Part shown: positions 1-12,234 of the stretch, piece after piece
Layout of the letters: the number at the start of each line of letters is the position of its first letter
Numbering within the stretch: position 1 is the first letter of the stretch
Assembly (NCBI RefSeq): GCF_963921235.1
Contig: NC_086108.1
Span: 52,144,001-52,208,000, forward strand
Origin: Mobula hypostoma
Taxonomy: Eukaryota
Direction of reading: 5' to 3'
DNA length: 64,000 nucleotides
Position numbers and translations under genes: made by a program
The notes under the pieces: generated by a model
Seen by the model: only the letters and a program-made list of their open reading frames with translations
Database searches by the model: none
What the model was told of the DNA's origin: nothing

Positions 1-538
1 TGTTTTTCCTCCTTCTGCTTGTAGTAGAATGGCTAATTCTGCTGTGAAGTTATCTATCTGTGAGGTTAACACAGCTTTTCTCTGCTGATGTGCTGGGCAT
101 TTCCGCTGTTGTCTTTTTGTTTTCATTTCAGCCACAGATCTGAGCAGTACTTCACAATTTTTGCATGTCCTTCTGTTAGTTTTCTCTCTCCCTTTCTAAC
201 TGCCCTTAATAACAACTCAAACAGATGGCTCCATAAATATTGGAATTTCCTGGGAAACCCTGTCCTCAGCCAATCAGAAATCTTCCCTGGCTATCTTTTT
301 CCCCTCCTTCTCTGCAAGTAAGTCACTTTCACGCTTCCACGATTCTGGTGAAAGGCCTTTGGTCAGAAGTGTTAGCTCTGTTACTCTTTCCACTATCTAA
401 TCTCCTGGCGTATATCCAGTATTTTCTGTTTTTATTTCAGAATTCCAGTAGCTGCACTTTTTTCTCATTTTCAATCATCCAGCCATCTCCTTGGCATTTG
501 TGTAAGCTGATTTTTCAATTAAGGTTGTTACAGTTGGT

Positions 539-880
539 GGGTTAGTAATGGGGACAAGCTCCCGCCAGCTATTACATGACGTGCACTTCAAATAACCTCT
601 GACAACCAAGTCCACCTCCTGGCTTTCACATGTGGCTTAGCTGCTAAGCCTGGTGGAACTGTTTCTACTGACAGGAAAATGGTAAAAGGCGGGTTACTGA
701 TGTCTTAAAGCCAGCTGCTTTGGGCAGATGGGGCTCATCAGCCATGGTTAGCAGCTAATCTAGGAGAAGGAAAACTTTAATCTCAAACCTCCACTACCTT
801 GCGACTATACCCACGCATGAGGTAGGCTTCGGAAGTAAACCCCGAGGGAAAACTCCGGAGCTGGAGTCTCTAAGGCAGTG
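539..880 (+). mobile_element. Degraded RTE-like LINE 5'UTR / RTE-derived short element fragment
   Basis: GC-rich non-coding segment with a GGAGAAGGAAAACT motif reminiscent of RTE-clade 5' regions. Family call is from recall only; boundaries approximate. Confidence 0.4.
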
Positions 881-1018
881 GGATGAGTGGGTTTGATGTT
901 TTTCTTTTGTACGGGTTCCATGGTTTTATTTTTTTTGTGTGGCTGTCTGTGGGGAAAACAAATCCCAGAGTTGTAATTTTGCATGCATACTTTGATAATA
1001 AATGTACTTTGAATCTGA
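881..1018 (+). mobile_element. Rex1/Babar-like LINE 3' end fragment
   Basis: Ends TTTGATAATAAATGTACTTTGAATCTGA, similar to other Rex1-type tails in the window. Confidence 0.35.
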
Positions 1019-1844
1019 GTTGCAATTATTTTATCAAATTAATTCTTGGCATGGCAAAGCGCTTATATCTTTTACTGTACTTTGAGGAGGAAAATAAGTT
1101 TAATTTTGATTAACTTGTTAACAATGGAGAATTAAAGGATTCACTTTATTTATCAATAAATCATAAAAAAATTATGCAAAGCCAACTCAGTGGTAGTTTT
1201 TTCACTTTTCAGTTGAAACTTACTGAGCACACAGTCTCCAGACTGATGTCTCAAAAAAACAGTGAAGAGTGTTTCATTATTGATGGATAATTTATTTCAG
1301 AAGACATCTTGTGATCTTTTCCACATGAATGCAAGAGATTTCATTGCACTATTTCAAAGAGTGCTTGGGAATTCTCCCAGTGCTTTGACCACATTTTTCA
1401 AATAAGATTAAACAAAGATTAAAGGAAAACAGACTAACCAGTTAGTTGTCTCAGGCATAAATGCCAGCAATGATGTCTAGGATAAAATCAGAGTAAACAT
1501 TCAGAAAAAAATGATCATTCAGAACCTATGGCATCTTAATCACATGAGTTATTCATTATAAATATACAAACATTTGTATTTAATGTACTTTGTTCATTCC
1601 ACATAGATGTGGGTATGTGTGTTTGTATCTGTGCAGACTATTAGTTACTAATGCACATCTTTTAAATAACTGACAAACGAGTAGAGAATTCAATTGACCA
1701 GATGTTGGTCATAAGGTAAATATTGCCCAGGCCGTGAAGAGAAGTCCTTGGTGTAATAACTTGCCCTAAAATTAGCATCTTTGACAATGTGGTACTCCTT
1801 CAATATTGCACTGAAGTATAGGCATAAATTTTATGTGCGGTAAG

Positions 1845-2144
1845 TATCAGACTTACACAGGCAGGCACCTCCCAGTCTCCACCTAGCTACAGGAACCATC
1901 AGCCACTCATCTCCTGCAGCCTATTTAAACCCTGCTCTCATCCACTGTCCATGTTCACTCTTCGTAACAGCCAGCCTCAACCTTCAGTTACTTTGTTGCC
2001 TTATTGTGTTAAGTATCTGTTCTCACTTGTTTTGTAGCCCATCGTGGCTTGTTATTTGGCAGGTTGTCATTAAAGTCATCATTCACCGCTGAATCTTCTC
2101 CACTGCTCTGTGTTTGGGTCAAGCCTCCTCTACATTTCCTGACA
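1845..2144 (+). repeat. 5' LTR
   Basis: TATCAGACTTACACAGG...CCTGACA, homologous to 6242-6552; TATTTAAA TATA-like box and ATTAAA signal inside. Confidence 0.9.
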
Positions 2145-4292
2145 GGTGCCATTAACTGGGACAATAAAACCCTCATCTGCAACCAATATGAAGATTTTGC
2201 CACTGAGAAATGCCCGATTTCTGACCGTCCAGGAAGTGGAAAGGAGGTAGTGGATCGGATACTTCCCCAGCATACAGGCTCATACGCAGTGGAATTCAGG
2301 ATCCTCATGGTGGAATATGGCTAGAATATGGAAGCACTGCTGGCCCGTTACCATCACAGCCTTTCAGAGTGCTTGAAAGATGAGCTATTCACCTGGGAGA
2401 TGTCTCCAACCTCAAAAGCCTCATCACTCTGGCCCTCCGAATTGACAAACGCCTTAAGGAACGACCCTCCAGATCATCAGCCAGATCCCCCAGTTCCGTT
2501 CCCAGAACTACTTCAGGCTGCAGCCCCTTATCATCAACCTCTCAGAACTTACCCAGCTAGGGAGAACTCTCTTAAACCTCCCCCCCCAACCCCAAGATTG
2601 TGAGCATCAGTGGAGCAACAACTTGTGTACTTAATGCAGACCGCCGATCACCCATGTATCAAATGTCCACTGCATCAGGAAAATAGCACCACCAGGTAGA
2701 AACGAGGGGCCTTCTATCTAATAAGCTCCTTCTGGCCTCTTGTTCCAGCACTGTAGCCCAACTCACTTGCTCTGTCCTCTTCTACGCCCCAATTACTCTA
2801 CTCTCGCAGGAGATCCTGGTGTATTCCGGTGCATAGGCAGCTTTCTGGACTGGACTCTGTGCAGCTTTTACCAAGGCTATCTCTCACCCCTTCTGTATCA
2901 CGGCCATTGACGCTGTCCCTTGGGGGTCTGGAATGGTCAGAGCATGTTTACGTCCTGTGCACCTGACCGTCGGAGAGCACCACAGGTCCATCCAGTTCCT
3001 CCTTATCAACTTACCCCACACTCTTGTTATCTTGGGCTACCCCTAGCTCTACATTCACAACCCTCACTTTGCCTGGTCATCAAGTTCACTGCTGAGTTGG
3101 GGACCCACCTTACAAACCGTCTGCCTTCAGTTTCAGCTGACTACACCCCTTAAATCCGTGGTGGTGGAGGACAACCTCAAACTCACCAAACTCCCACAGA
3201 AATACCACAACTTAGTCATTGCCTTCAATACAAGAGAGGCCAGCACCCTGCCACCTCATAGACCACACAACTGTGCAATCAACCTCCTCCTGGGCACCAC
3301 CCCTCCCCATGGTAATCTGTTCTCCCCCTCCCCGCCTGAGACCCAAGCCATGAATGACCAAAGCGCTACAGCACAGATTCATTCAACCATTCCAGTCCCC
3401 AGTCAGTGCAGGATTCTTCTTTGTCAGAATGAAATATGAGAGACTTTGTCCTTGCGTCGACGAGCGTGGACTGAACAAAATCACTATTAAGAACCGCTAC
3501 CCTATCCCCTTGATGGGATAACACATTTAAAACACTCCGTGGAGTCCATATTCTTCACTAGACTGGATCTACAGACCACAAACAACCTGATTCACATCCA
3601 CCAAGGGGATGAGTAGAAGACAACATTCATGACACCTACAGAACACTACAAATACTTGGTGATGCCTTTCAGACTCTCCAACAGTCGAGCCATTTTTAAG
3701 CCTTCATTAACAAGATACTCTGAGACATGCTACACAGGTATGTGTTCATCTACCTCAACGACATCTTCATCTTCTCCAAGGACCCTCAAGACCATGTCTG
3801 TCACATCTGTTCAGTCCTTCCGCACTTCCTTGAAAATCAGATGTGTTGCAGATTAGAAAAGTGCAGGTTCCACAACTCATTCATTTTCTTCCTGGGTTAC
3901 AGCCTTTCTTCCCAAAGCATAACAATGGACCCATAGCATGCTGTTGTTGAATGGTCCCGACCACGATTCCTCAAACAGCTGCAGCCCTTCTTGGGCTTCT
4001 CCAACCTCTGTTGCCATTTCATCAGGAACCACTGCCAAATCACCATTTCTCTCACCTCCTTCTCTAAATCAACTACTTCATGAATAACCTGGTTTGCTAC
4101 TGTGGACCATGCATTCAAGAAGCTCAAGAGATGCTTCACCACCGATCCCATTCTCCGCCATCTGAACCCTTCCAGACCTTTTGTGGTAGAGGTGGACACA
4201 TCTGACGTGGGTGCTGGGTCTATGCTCTCCCTGTGAGGACCAGGCGGGAAGACACACCCTTGTGCCTTCTCGCGCAAGTTCATTTCTACACA

Positions 4293-4586
4293 TAGCCTGA
4301 AGATTCAGGGGAGTAGGTTTAAGATGGAGATGAGGAGGAACTGCTTTTCCCAGAGGGTGGCGAATCTGTGGAATTCTCTGCCTAATGAAGCAGTGGAGGC
4401 TACCTCAGTAAATATGTTTAAGACAAGGTTGGATAGATTTTTGCATAGTAGGGGAATTAAGGGTTATGGGCAAAAGGCAGGTATGTGGAGATGAGTCCAT
4501 GGAAAGATCAGCCATGACCTTATTGAGTGGCAGAGCAGGCTCGATGGGCAAGTTGGCCTACTCCCTCTCCTATTTCTTATGTTCTT
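4293..4586 (+). mobile_element. 5'-truncated CR1-type LINE 3' end nested in the gypsy RNase H
   Basis: CR1 ORF2 C-terminus (FSQRVANLWNSLP) plus 3'UTR; TACACA duplicated at 4287-4292 and 4587-4592. Excision restores FSRKFISTQCHYGIGDRKLLAI. Confidence 0.85.
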
Positions 4587-6241
4587 TACACAGTGTCACT
4601 ATGGAATAGGAGACAGGAAGCTACTTGCCATTAACTGGGCCTTGGAGGAATGGAGAGATTAATTAATGGAAACACCAGGCCCTTCCTGATCTGGACTAAC
4701 CAATGAACCCCTATATTTATTCAATAGACCTGCCAACTCAGCCAATGTCAGGCTCGCTGGGCCCTCTTTGAGCAATCCAACCTCTCCAGCTCCTGTTGAC
4801 CCAGCTCCAAGCACACTAAAGTGGATACCTTGTCATGACAGTTCAACCCAGTTGAAACTGAGATCGACCCTCAGCCCATCATTCCATCCTCCCAGATCCT
4901 CACCCTGATCATCTGGGACCTTGAGAAGCTGATCTGCCAGGCCCTATGGCACAAGCCTGCTCCGGCTGACACACCTGACAACTGCATGTACATGCTGGCA
5001 GCTGTCCACTCTGAGGCACTCCAGTGGGCGCACTACAGACTCGGAATTTTCTATGATGCTGGTTCTTGTGGCCCACCATGATTGCAGATTTATGTCAGTT
5101 CATGGCTGCCTGCCCTCAAAATGCCCAGTCCAATTCCTCCAACCAGCAGCCCTCTAGGCTTCTGCAGCCCCTGCTGGTCCTTCAACATCAGTGGTCCCAC
5201 ATCACCTTGGATTTCATCACAGGTTTGCCATCTTCCATCGGGGCATGGTGAATATGACAATGGTGGACTGATTCTCTAAGGCGACCCACTGTATTGCCCT
5301 CCCCAAGCTTTCATCAGCCGCAGAAACGGCAGACCTACTTCTTCAACATGTGGTTCACCTCCACAGCTTTCCCCAGAACATTGTGTCAGACCAGAGCCCA
5401 CAATTCATCTTCCGTTTCTGGTGAGCCTCCTGCTCCCTTCTCTGCATCTTAATGAGTTTGTCCTCTGGCTGTCATCTGTAGACCAACAGTCAGTCAGAAA
5501 GAGCCAATGAGCAAGTGCAGAAGTTCCTGTGATGCTTCCCCACCTCTAACCCTTCCACATGGAAGAAGTATCTGCTCTGGGTCAAACTGTCCGACAATTT
5601 ACCCACCTCCTCTGCCACGGGTACATCACCCTTTGAGGTGCTTCATGGCTACCAACTCCTGCTGTTCCCCATGGAGGAGCCAATGGCTTTGGTCTCATCT
5701 GCCAGGACCCTGGTTCGCAGATGTCAGAATGCTTGGGAAAGGGCACAGAGGGCCATCCTAGCTGCCAGCCATGTCTGCTGCTGTCAGGCCACCTGCCATT
5801 GGCTCCCAGCCAGACTACTCCGGTCTGGAGACCATGTCTGGCTGTCCACCTGAGATCTGTCCCTGTGAACTGACTCCCACAAACTCTCATCCTGGTTCAT
5901 TAGTTCCTGTAAGATTACCCATCACATCAACCCAGTCACTCACCATCTCCAGCTGCCACCAACCCTCAGGATCACACCTACCTGTTGCCCATGGATCACC
6001 CCACCCAGCTGAGGGGGCAGTTCTGCAACCTAGGATGGTGGACGTTGGTGCAATGTACACGGTTCACTGTTTCATGGATTCATGTCTTTGTGAACGAGTT
6101 GTGCATTACCTGGTTGGCTGGGAAGGGTGAGGCCTGATGGAGAGGTCCAGTCCAGTTAGATCCACTGCTTATCAAGGAGTTTCACTGGACCCATCTGGAT
6201 TTTCGTGGGCCGTCAGGTGCCGGTCATAAGTGGGAGGGTCC

Positions 6242-6552
6242 TGTCAGGCCTACACAGGCAGGCTCCTTCCAGTCGCCACCCAGCTAACTCATTTCTAGTT
6301 CATCACCTGGAGTCTATTTAAACCTAGCTCACATCCACAATCCATGTTCACTCATTGGACCAGCCAGCCTCAGCCGTTGCTCCTAGTCTTCAGCTACCTT
6401 GTTGCCTGTGAGTTTCGTATCTGTTCTGTGTTGTTTTGTAGCCCCTCATAGCTTGTATTTTGCAGTTTTTTTTAATTAAAGTTATTATTGTTCACTATGA
6501 ATCATCTCCACTGCTCTGTATTTGGGTCAAGCCTCCTCCACATTTCCTGACA
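6242..6552 (+). repeat. 3' LTR
   Basis: TGTCAGG...CCTGACA terminal inverted repeat, homologous to the 5' LTR. Confidence 0.9.
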
Positions 6553-7044
6553 ATAAGGCAAACTAAAACATCATGTCTGAATGTGCACATATTAAGTTCA
6601 TTTGTTCCCACAAAATATGAATACATAATGACATGTTGGGACTTTGTATTTTATCTGAGAAGGGTATACTGTCTATACCACCTATTCTTTTTGTGAAACA
6701 CTCTAATGGAAGCTTGAACAGAAAAAGTGTATGAGAAGGACATCTAATGTAAGTACATGTAATGTTCTTTTGAGGTCAAGACTGTTGTTAATATTGGAAA
6801 CTTCCAAAGGTTTTGGTGCTGATCAGTGTTAGTGATTTCTGATGAGAATGATGCTTCACTGTTCAAGGAACTGCATGTATTCTATTTAAACAAAAAAGAA
6901 AACAATTTTTTTGAAAAATTACTTTACAAATATTTCTTGCCTATCTAAATTTAGATATGAAATTCTATCTGGTATATATTTAGGTGCCAAGGAAGCAAAG
7001 TGGTTAGCACGTTATCCATCTATCCATCCTCTTCCAGTCCTTCA

Positions 7045-7292
7045 AGCTACACTGCCCCAGCAACCCTAAAACTACAATTAACCCTAACCTAATCACGGGA
7101 TAATTTACAATGATCAATTAACATACCTGGTACGTCTTTGGATTGTGGGAGGAAACCGGAGCGCTTGGAGAAAACCCATGTATTTCACAGGGAGGACGTA
7201 CAGAGACTGCTTACAAAATGGTGCTGGAATTGAATTCCAGAATGCCCTGAGCTGTAATAGCATCGTGCTAACTGCTACACCACTGTGGTGAC
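7045..7292 (-). mobile_element. tRNA-derived SINE (HE1/V-SINE-like)
   Basis: Reverse complement has a tRNA-like head and the GGGTTTTCTCC..GCTCCGGTTTCCTCCCACAATCCAAAGAC core shared with 18676 and 24417. Confidence 0.75.
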
Positions 7293-7739
7293 CGTAAGTA
7301 ATATATCATCCCTTTAAGACGTAAACTTACAATTGGTCAAACTAGTTCTGACAAAATAAATAAAACATAATATCATCAAATTAAAAAGCTTTTCAGATAA
7401 CCAAATAAAAGTAGTGAGTATAAGGACTGGGAAGATTTTAGAATTTGGCAAAGGGGAATAAAGGAAAGCAGAATATGAGTGTAGAAGAGTAACAACCCAA
7501 AAAAGAGCTTGTATGTAAAAAAAGTAAAAGTTAATGTTTGTGTCTTGGAGACTGATACAATGAAGTTATGTTGTCAAAAAAGGAAATGGCAGGGAAATTT
7601 AAAGAAAAAGCATGACACTAAAAATCTGGAAATAGAGGTGAACTGCAGGTTTAGATTAGATGAAAAGCTCATAGAAATCAGCATTAATTGAAAATAAATA
7701 TTAGAAGAAATAAGTGCTAAATGTGGATAATTTTCCAAA

Positions 7740-8175
7740 TCTGAAAATGTGCATCTTTTAGTTTTGTAGATGGTGATAATGGAAGTATTGGATGCAGTGA
7801 TTGTCATATTTCGAAATTTCATTAATCTCAGAACAGTTCCTACAGATTAGGAAATGACAAATTCAATTGCACTATTTAAGTACAGAAAGAGAGAGAAAAC
7901 TGGAAACTATGGAGCACTTTGGGTGATCTTAGTAAAAGGGAAAATAATAGGATCTGTTGGTAAGGAAGAGGTAATGGGGCCCTTTGAAAGTAACAATTGT
8001 TTAAGCACTGACAACATTGAATTATGAAAAGGAAATTATGTTTTACAAATTAGTTGGCATTTCTGCTTTCCTTTTCCTTTTTAATGCCTTGCTCCTCCTT
8101 TGCTGAATAGATAAGGATGAAGCAGTTGATGTGGTACATTTGGACTTTCAAAAGGGCTTTGACTTATCACATGAT
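7740..8175 (+). mobile_element. Degraded CR1 ORF2 (RT) fragment
   Basis: Remnants such as VDVVHLDFQKGFD and ENWKL-like motifs, frameshifted. Confidence 0.55.
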
Positions 8176-8249
8176 ATTATTAAAGAAAGCTAGTGTAGAA
8201 GTAGTCCTTCGAGCCTGTTCCACGATTCAATACAATCATGGTTTATCCT

Positions 8250-8731
8250 TTAAGTTGGAAGCCATAGAAAAGGTGCAGAGGAGATTTACAAGGATGTTGC
8301 CTGGATTGGGGAGCATGCCTTATGAGAATAGGTTGGGTGAACTCAGCCTTTTCTCCTTGGAGGAGGAGTGGTGACCTGATAGAGGTGTATAAGATGATGA
8401 GAGGCATTGATCGTGTGGATAGTCAGAGACTTTTTCCCAGGACTGAAATGGCTAGCACGAAAGGGCGCAGTTTTAAGGTGCTTAACTACAGAGGAGATGT
8501 AAGTGGTAAGTTTTTTACACAGAGAGTAATGAGTGTGTGGAATGGGCTGCCGGCAATGGTGGTGGAGGCAGATACGATAGGGTCTTTTAAGAGACTCCTG
8601 GATAGGTACATGGAGGTTAGAAAAATAGAGGGCTATGGGTAACTCTAGGTAATTTTTAAGATAAGGACATGTTCGGCACAGCTTTGTAGGCCGAAGGGCC
8701 TGTATTGTGCTGTAGGTTTTCTATGTTTCTA
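8250..8731 (+). mobile_element. CR1-type LINE 3' end
   Basis: ORFs 8117/8322 encode EKVQRRFTRMLPGL...GDLIEVYKMMRG...FFTQRVMSVWNGLP; CTATGTTTCTA tail. Confidence 0.85.
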
Positions 8732-8734
8732 CGT

Positions 8735-10810
8735 AACTTAAAACCATATTCCCGCTCTCTTACCATACCCCTTCATGCAGTTTTGTCAAGGATTCTGCCA
8801 TTCTCCTTCCTAAATATATTCAGCAACTTAGTCTCTACAGCCCTCAACAATGAAGAAGTTTCTCCTCATCTCAATCTTAAGTGTGTTGATTATGTTGTCC
8901 ACTCATTTTAGATATCCTAGATAGGGGAAACGTCTCCGTTGCATCCAGTCTGTCTAGCCCCATAAGAATTTTGTAAGTTCCTATTAGATTTCACCTCAGT
9001 CCTAAACTCTAATGAATACATTCCTGATCCACATAATTTTTCCTCCTAAAACAGTCCTGTCATTCCAGAAATGATGACCCTACACTGCACTCTCTTAATG
9101 CATTTTGTGTTGCTTTGGAATTCCAGCATCTGCAGTATTTCATGTCTTGTACAGACCCTGTACAATTGCTCCTGTTCTCTGTCCTCTTGTTATGAAGGCC
9201 AACATACCATCTGATTTCTTATCTCACAACACACTGGAGGAACTCAGCAGGTCGGGCAGCATCTGTGGAAAAGATCGGTCGACGTTTCGGGCCGGAACCC
9301 TTCATCAGGACTGTAGGGGGAAGGGGCAGAGGCCCTATAAAGGAGGGTGGGAAGGAGAAGGCTGGTAGGTTCCAGGTGAAAAACCAGTAAGCGGAAAGTC
9401 AAAGGGGTAGGGGAGGGGAGGCAGGGAGGTGATAGGCAGGAAAGGTGAAGAAAGAATAGGGGAAAACACAATGGGTAGTAGAAGGAGGCAGAACCATACG
9501 GGAGGTGATAGGCAGCTGGGAGAGGGGGCAGAGTGACATAGGGATAGGGGAAGGGAGGGGGAGGGAATTACTGGAAGTTGGAGAATTCTATGTTCATACC
9601 AAGGGGCTGGAAACTACCTAGACGGTATATGAGGTGTTGCTCCTCCAACCTGAGTTTACATACCAAAGGGCTGGAGACTACCTAGACGGTATTTCTTATC
9701 TGATGTCTGCATTTGCATGTTTGCTTTCTATGGCAACAGAAGAGATGACAGATGCTGGAATCTGGAGCAGCAATCTGCTGGAGGAACTCAACAGGGTTGA
9801 GCAGCATCTGTGTCCTGATTCATTGTTTTTAACCTAAAGCATTGACAGTTCCTTTGCTTTCAATGACCAGAGTACATACACAGGCACTCACATCTCTTTG
9901 TAAATCATCTCTTACCAACCTAACACAATTTAAATATCAAAGAGACTAACTTAATATTTAATCAAATTATGCTGGATCTCCCGTGCTTTTGCCCAATTGC
10001 TCAATTTATCTAAGTTGCCTGAAAGTGTCTTTACATCCATTTCACAGTTCATGATCTCACCTAGTTTGGTACTGCAGATATATTCAAATATTCAGTTTTG
10101 TTTTTTGTCCAAGTTATTGATATATAGTGTGAATAGCTAAACTCCATTCATTGATCAGTGTCTTACTTAACTGGCTATTATTTGCTGTCCTGAGAAAGCT
10201 CCACACCCCCCACCACCTTATTCTTGTTTTCACCCTCCCTTTTCAGTCCTGATAAAGATCTTGCCCTGAAACAGTGACTTTTTATTCCCCTGAATAACTG
10301 CTGCCTGACCTGCTGAGTTCTTCCGGCATTTTGTGTATATTTTATTCTCCTCTTTGTATTCTGTCTGTCAACAAACTTTAATCCATGCTAATAGTTTGCC
10401 CCCAAAACCATGTACCTTAATTTTTAAAAGGCACACAAAAATTCCAAGCAACCACATCCACTATTTCCCCCATTCTATGTTACGTTCCTAAAAGCTCCAA
10501 TAGTTTTTCCAAACTCTGTTTTCCTTCCAGAAATACTTTGATATTTTCCATCTGGTCTGTAATTTCATCCTTTTTAACAGCCTCGAGAATGTTCACCATT
10601 TCATATGTTAAACTAACACAGTCTGTATTTCTGTGTTTTCTTGCTCCCTCCCTTGTTTAAACAGGGGAGTTGCATTTACCACCCAACAATCTATGGAATT
10701 CCGGAAAACTGTAACCGATGCATCCACTATTTCCACAGCTATGTGCTCTGATACTCTGAGATGCAAATTAGTCTGTAGGAATTTATCAGCTTTCAATGCC
10801 ATTACACTGT
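8735..10810 (-). mobile_element. Old CR1 LINE fragmented by younger insertions
   Basis: Discontinuous minus-strand ORF2 remnants (e.g. WVVNATPLFKQG in ORF 10608-10817); the 3' end lies at ~8195-8245. Confidence 0.5.
9225..9690 (-). mobile_element. Penelope-like element 3' fragment with hammerhead motif
   Basis: 11-bp TSD ATTTCTTATCT (9214-9224, 9691-9701); GIY-YIG C-terminal remnant like that at 45475; CTGATGA..GAAACGTC on the minus strand. Confidence 0.8.
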
Positions 10811-11140
10811 TTCCCACTGCATCAGTCCTGATGCAGTTTCAACTCTAAATGTCAACAATGGTTTTCTTCCCACAAATGCTGCTCCACCCACTGAGTTCCT
10901 CCAGCAGTTTGTTTGTTGCTCCCACTAATACTATTCTTTTCCTGACCTTCATTACATTTTTGATTCCCTAACATTTTAGAACTCTGTATGCCTCTCATCC
11001 ATGAAGATACATCTAAAATATTTGTTTTATTGCTCTGCCATTTTCCCAGTCCCCATTATGAATACCTCCTTAGGTAAACAAATTAACTTAAATGCTGTTG
11101 TTCCCTGAGCAGATATAGAAAATCATGATGCATTTTTGTG

Positions 11141-12105
11141 TTTGGACTGCTTTTTATGCTGTATATCAGTGATTTAGATGATGGAACAGGTGGCTTTGTT
11201 GCCAAGTTTGCAGATGATACGAAGATTGGTGGAGGGGCAGGTAGTGCTGAGGAAACAGGTAGGATACAGAAGGACAGATTAGGAGAATGGGCAAGAAAGT
11301 GGGACAATGAAATTCAATGTTGGAAAGTGCATGATCATGCACTTTGGTAGTAGAAATGTGTGCAGGCTATTTTCTAAACGGGAAGAAAATCCAAAAAATC
11401 TCAGGTGCAAAGGGACTTGGGAGTCCTTGTGCAGAACACCTTAAAGGTTAACTTGCAGGTAGAGTTGATGGTGAGGAAGGCAAATGCAATGTTAGCATTC
11501 ATTTCAGGGATGTGATGTTGGGGGTTTATAAAGCACTGGTAAGGCCTCACCTTGAGTATTGTGAACAGTTTTGGGCTCCTCGTTTAAGAAAAGATGTGCT
11601 GACATTGGAGAGGGTTCAGAGGATGTTCAGAAGGATGATTCTGGGGATTAAAGGGTTATCATAAAAGGAATGTTTGATAGCTCTGGGTCTGTACTCGCTG
11701 GAATTTAGAAGGATGGGGGTGGGGACCTCTTTGAAACCTTTCCAATGTTGAAAGGCCTAGACAGAGCAGATGTGGAAAGGATGTTCCCCATGGTGGGGGA
11801 GTCTAGGACAAGAAGGTACAGCCTCAGGATAGAGAGGCACCATTTAAAACAGAGGTGCGGAGAAATTTCTTCAGCCAGAGGCTGGTGAATTTGTGGAATT
11901 TGTTACCACAGGCAGCTGTGAAGGCCAGATCATTGGGTTATTTAAGGCAGAGATTGATTGGTTCTTGATTGGACACGGCATCAAAGATTATGAGGAAAAG
12001 GCCAGGGAGTGGGGTTGAGGAGGGGGAGAAAGGATCAGCCATGATTCAATGGTGGAGCAGATTTGATGGGCCAAATGGCCTAATTCTGCTCCTATGTCTT
12101 ATGGA
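11141..12105 (+). mobile_element. 5'-truncated CR1 LINE
   Basis: YISDLDDG..KFADDTKIGG, LVRPHLEYCEQFWAP, 3'UTR ending CTCCTATGTCTTATGG. Confidence 0.9.
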
Positions 12106-12234
12106 AAAAGAGAAATACCTTCCAATAGTTCAAAAGTCCATTTCTGATGGTTGGTCATAGCAAGGTACAAAGATTTAACCTTTGTACATTGTAACAAGTA
12201 ACAATATTTGTTCAATGAGTTATTATCTTGAATC

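Larger units (their letters stand above)
1845..6552 (+). mobile_element. Decayed Ty3/gypsy chromovirus (Sushi-like) LTR retrotransposon
   Basis: Two LTRs, both ending CATTTCCTGACA; imperfect 5-bp TSD GTAAG (1840-1844) / ATAAG (6553-6557); purine-rich PPT-like tract before the 3' LTR. Remnants in gypsy order: gag (YAVEFRIL..LKDEL), CCHC knuckle ~2625-2670, protease, RT (PPHRPHNCAINL; YLND at 3751), RNase H (VDTSDVG), integrase (WSHITLDFITGLP), chromodomain (HYLVGWEG). Many stops and frameshifts. Confidence 0.95.

Noticed and set aside
2049..6130. Gypsy ORFs as a domesticated gene or active element
   Set aside because: Catalytic motifs are mutated (YLND, protease Asp lost), with many stops, frameshifts and a nested LINE.
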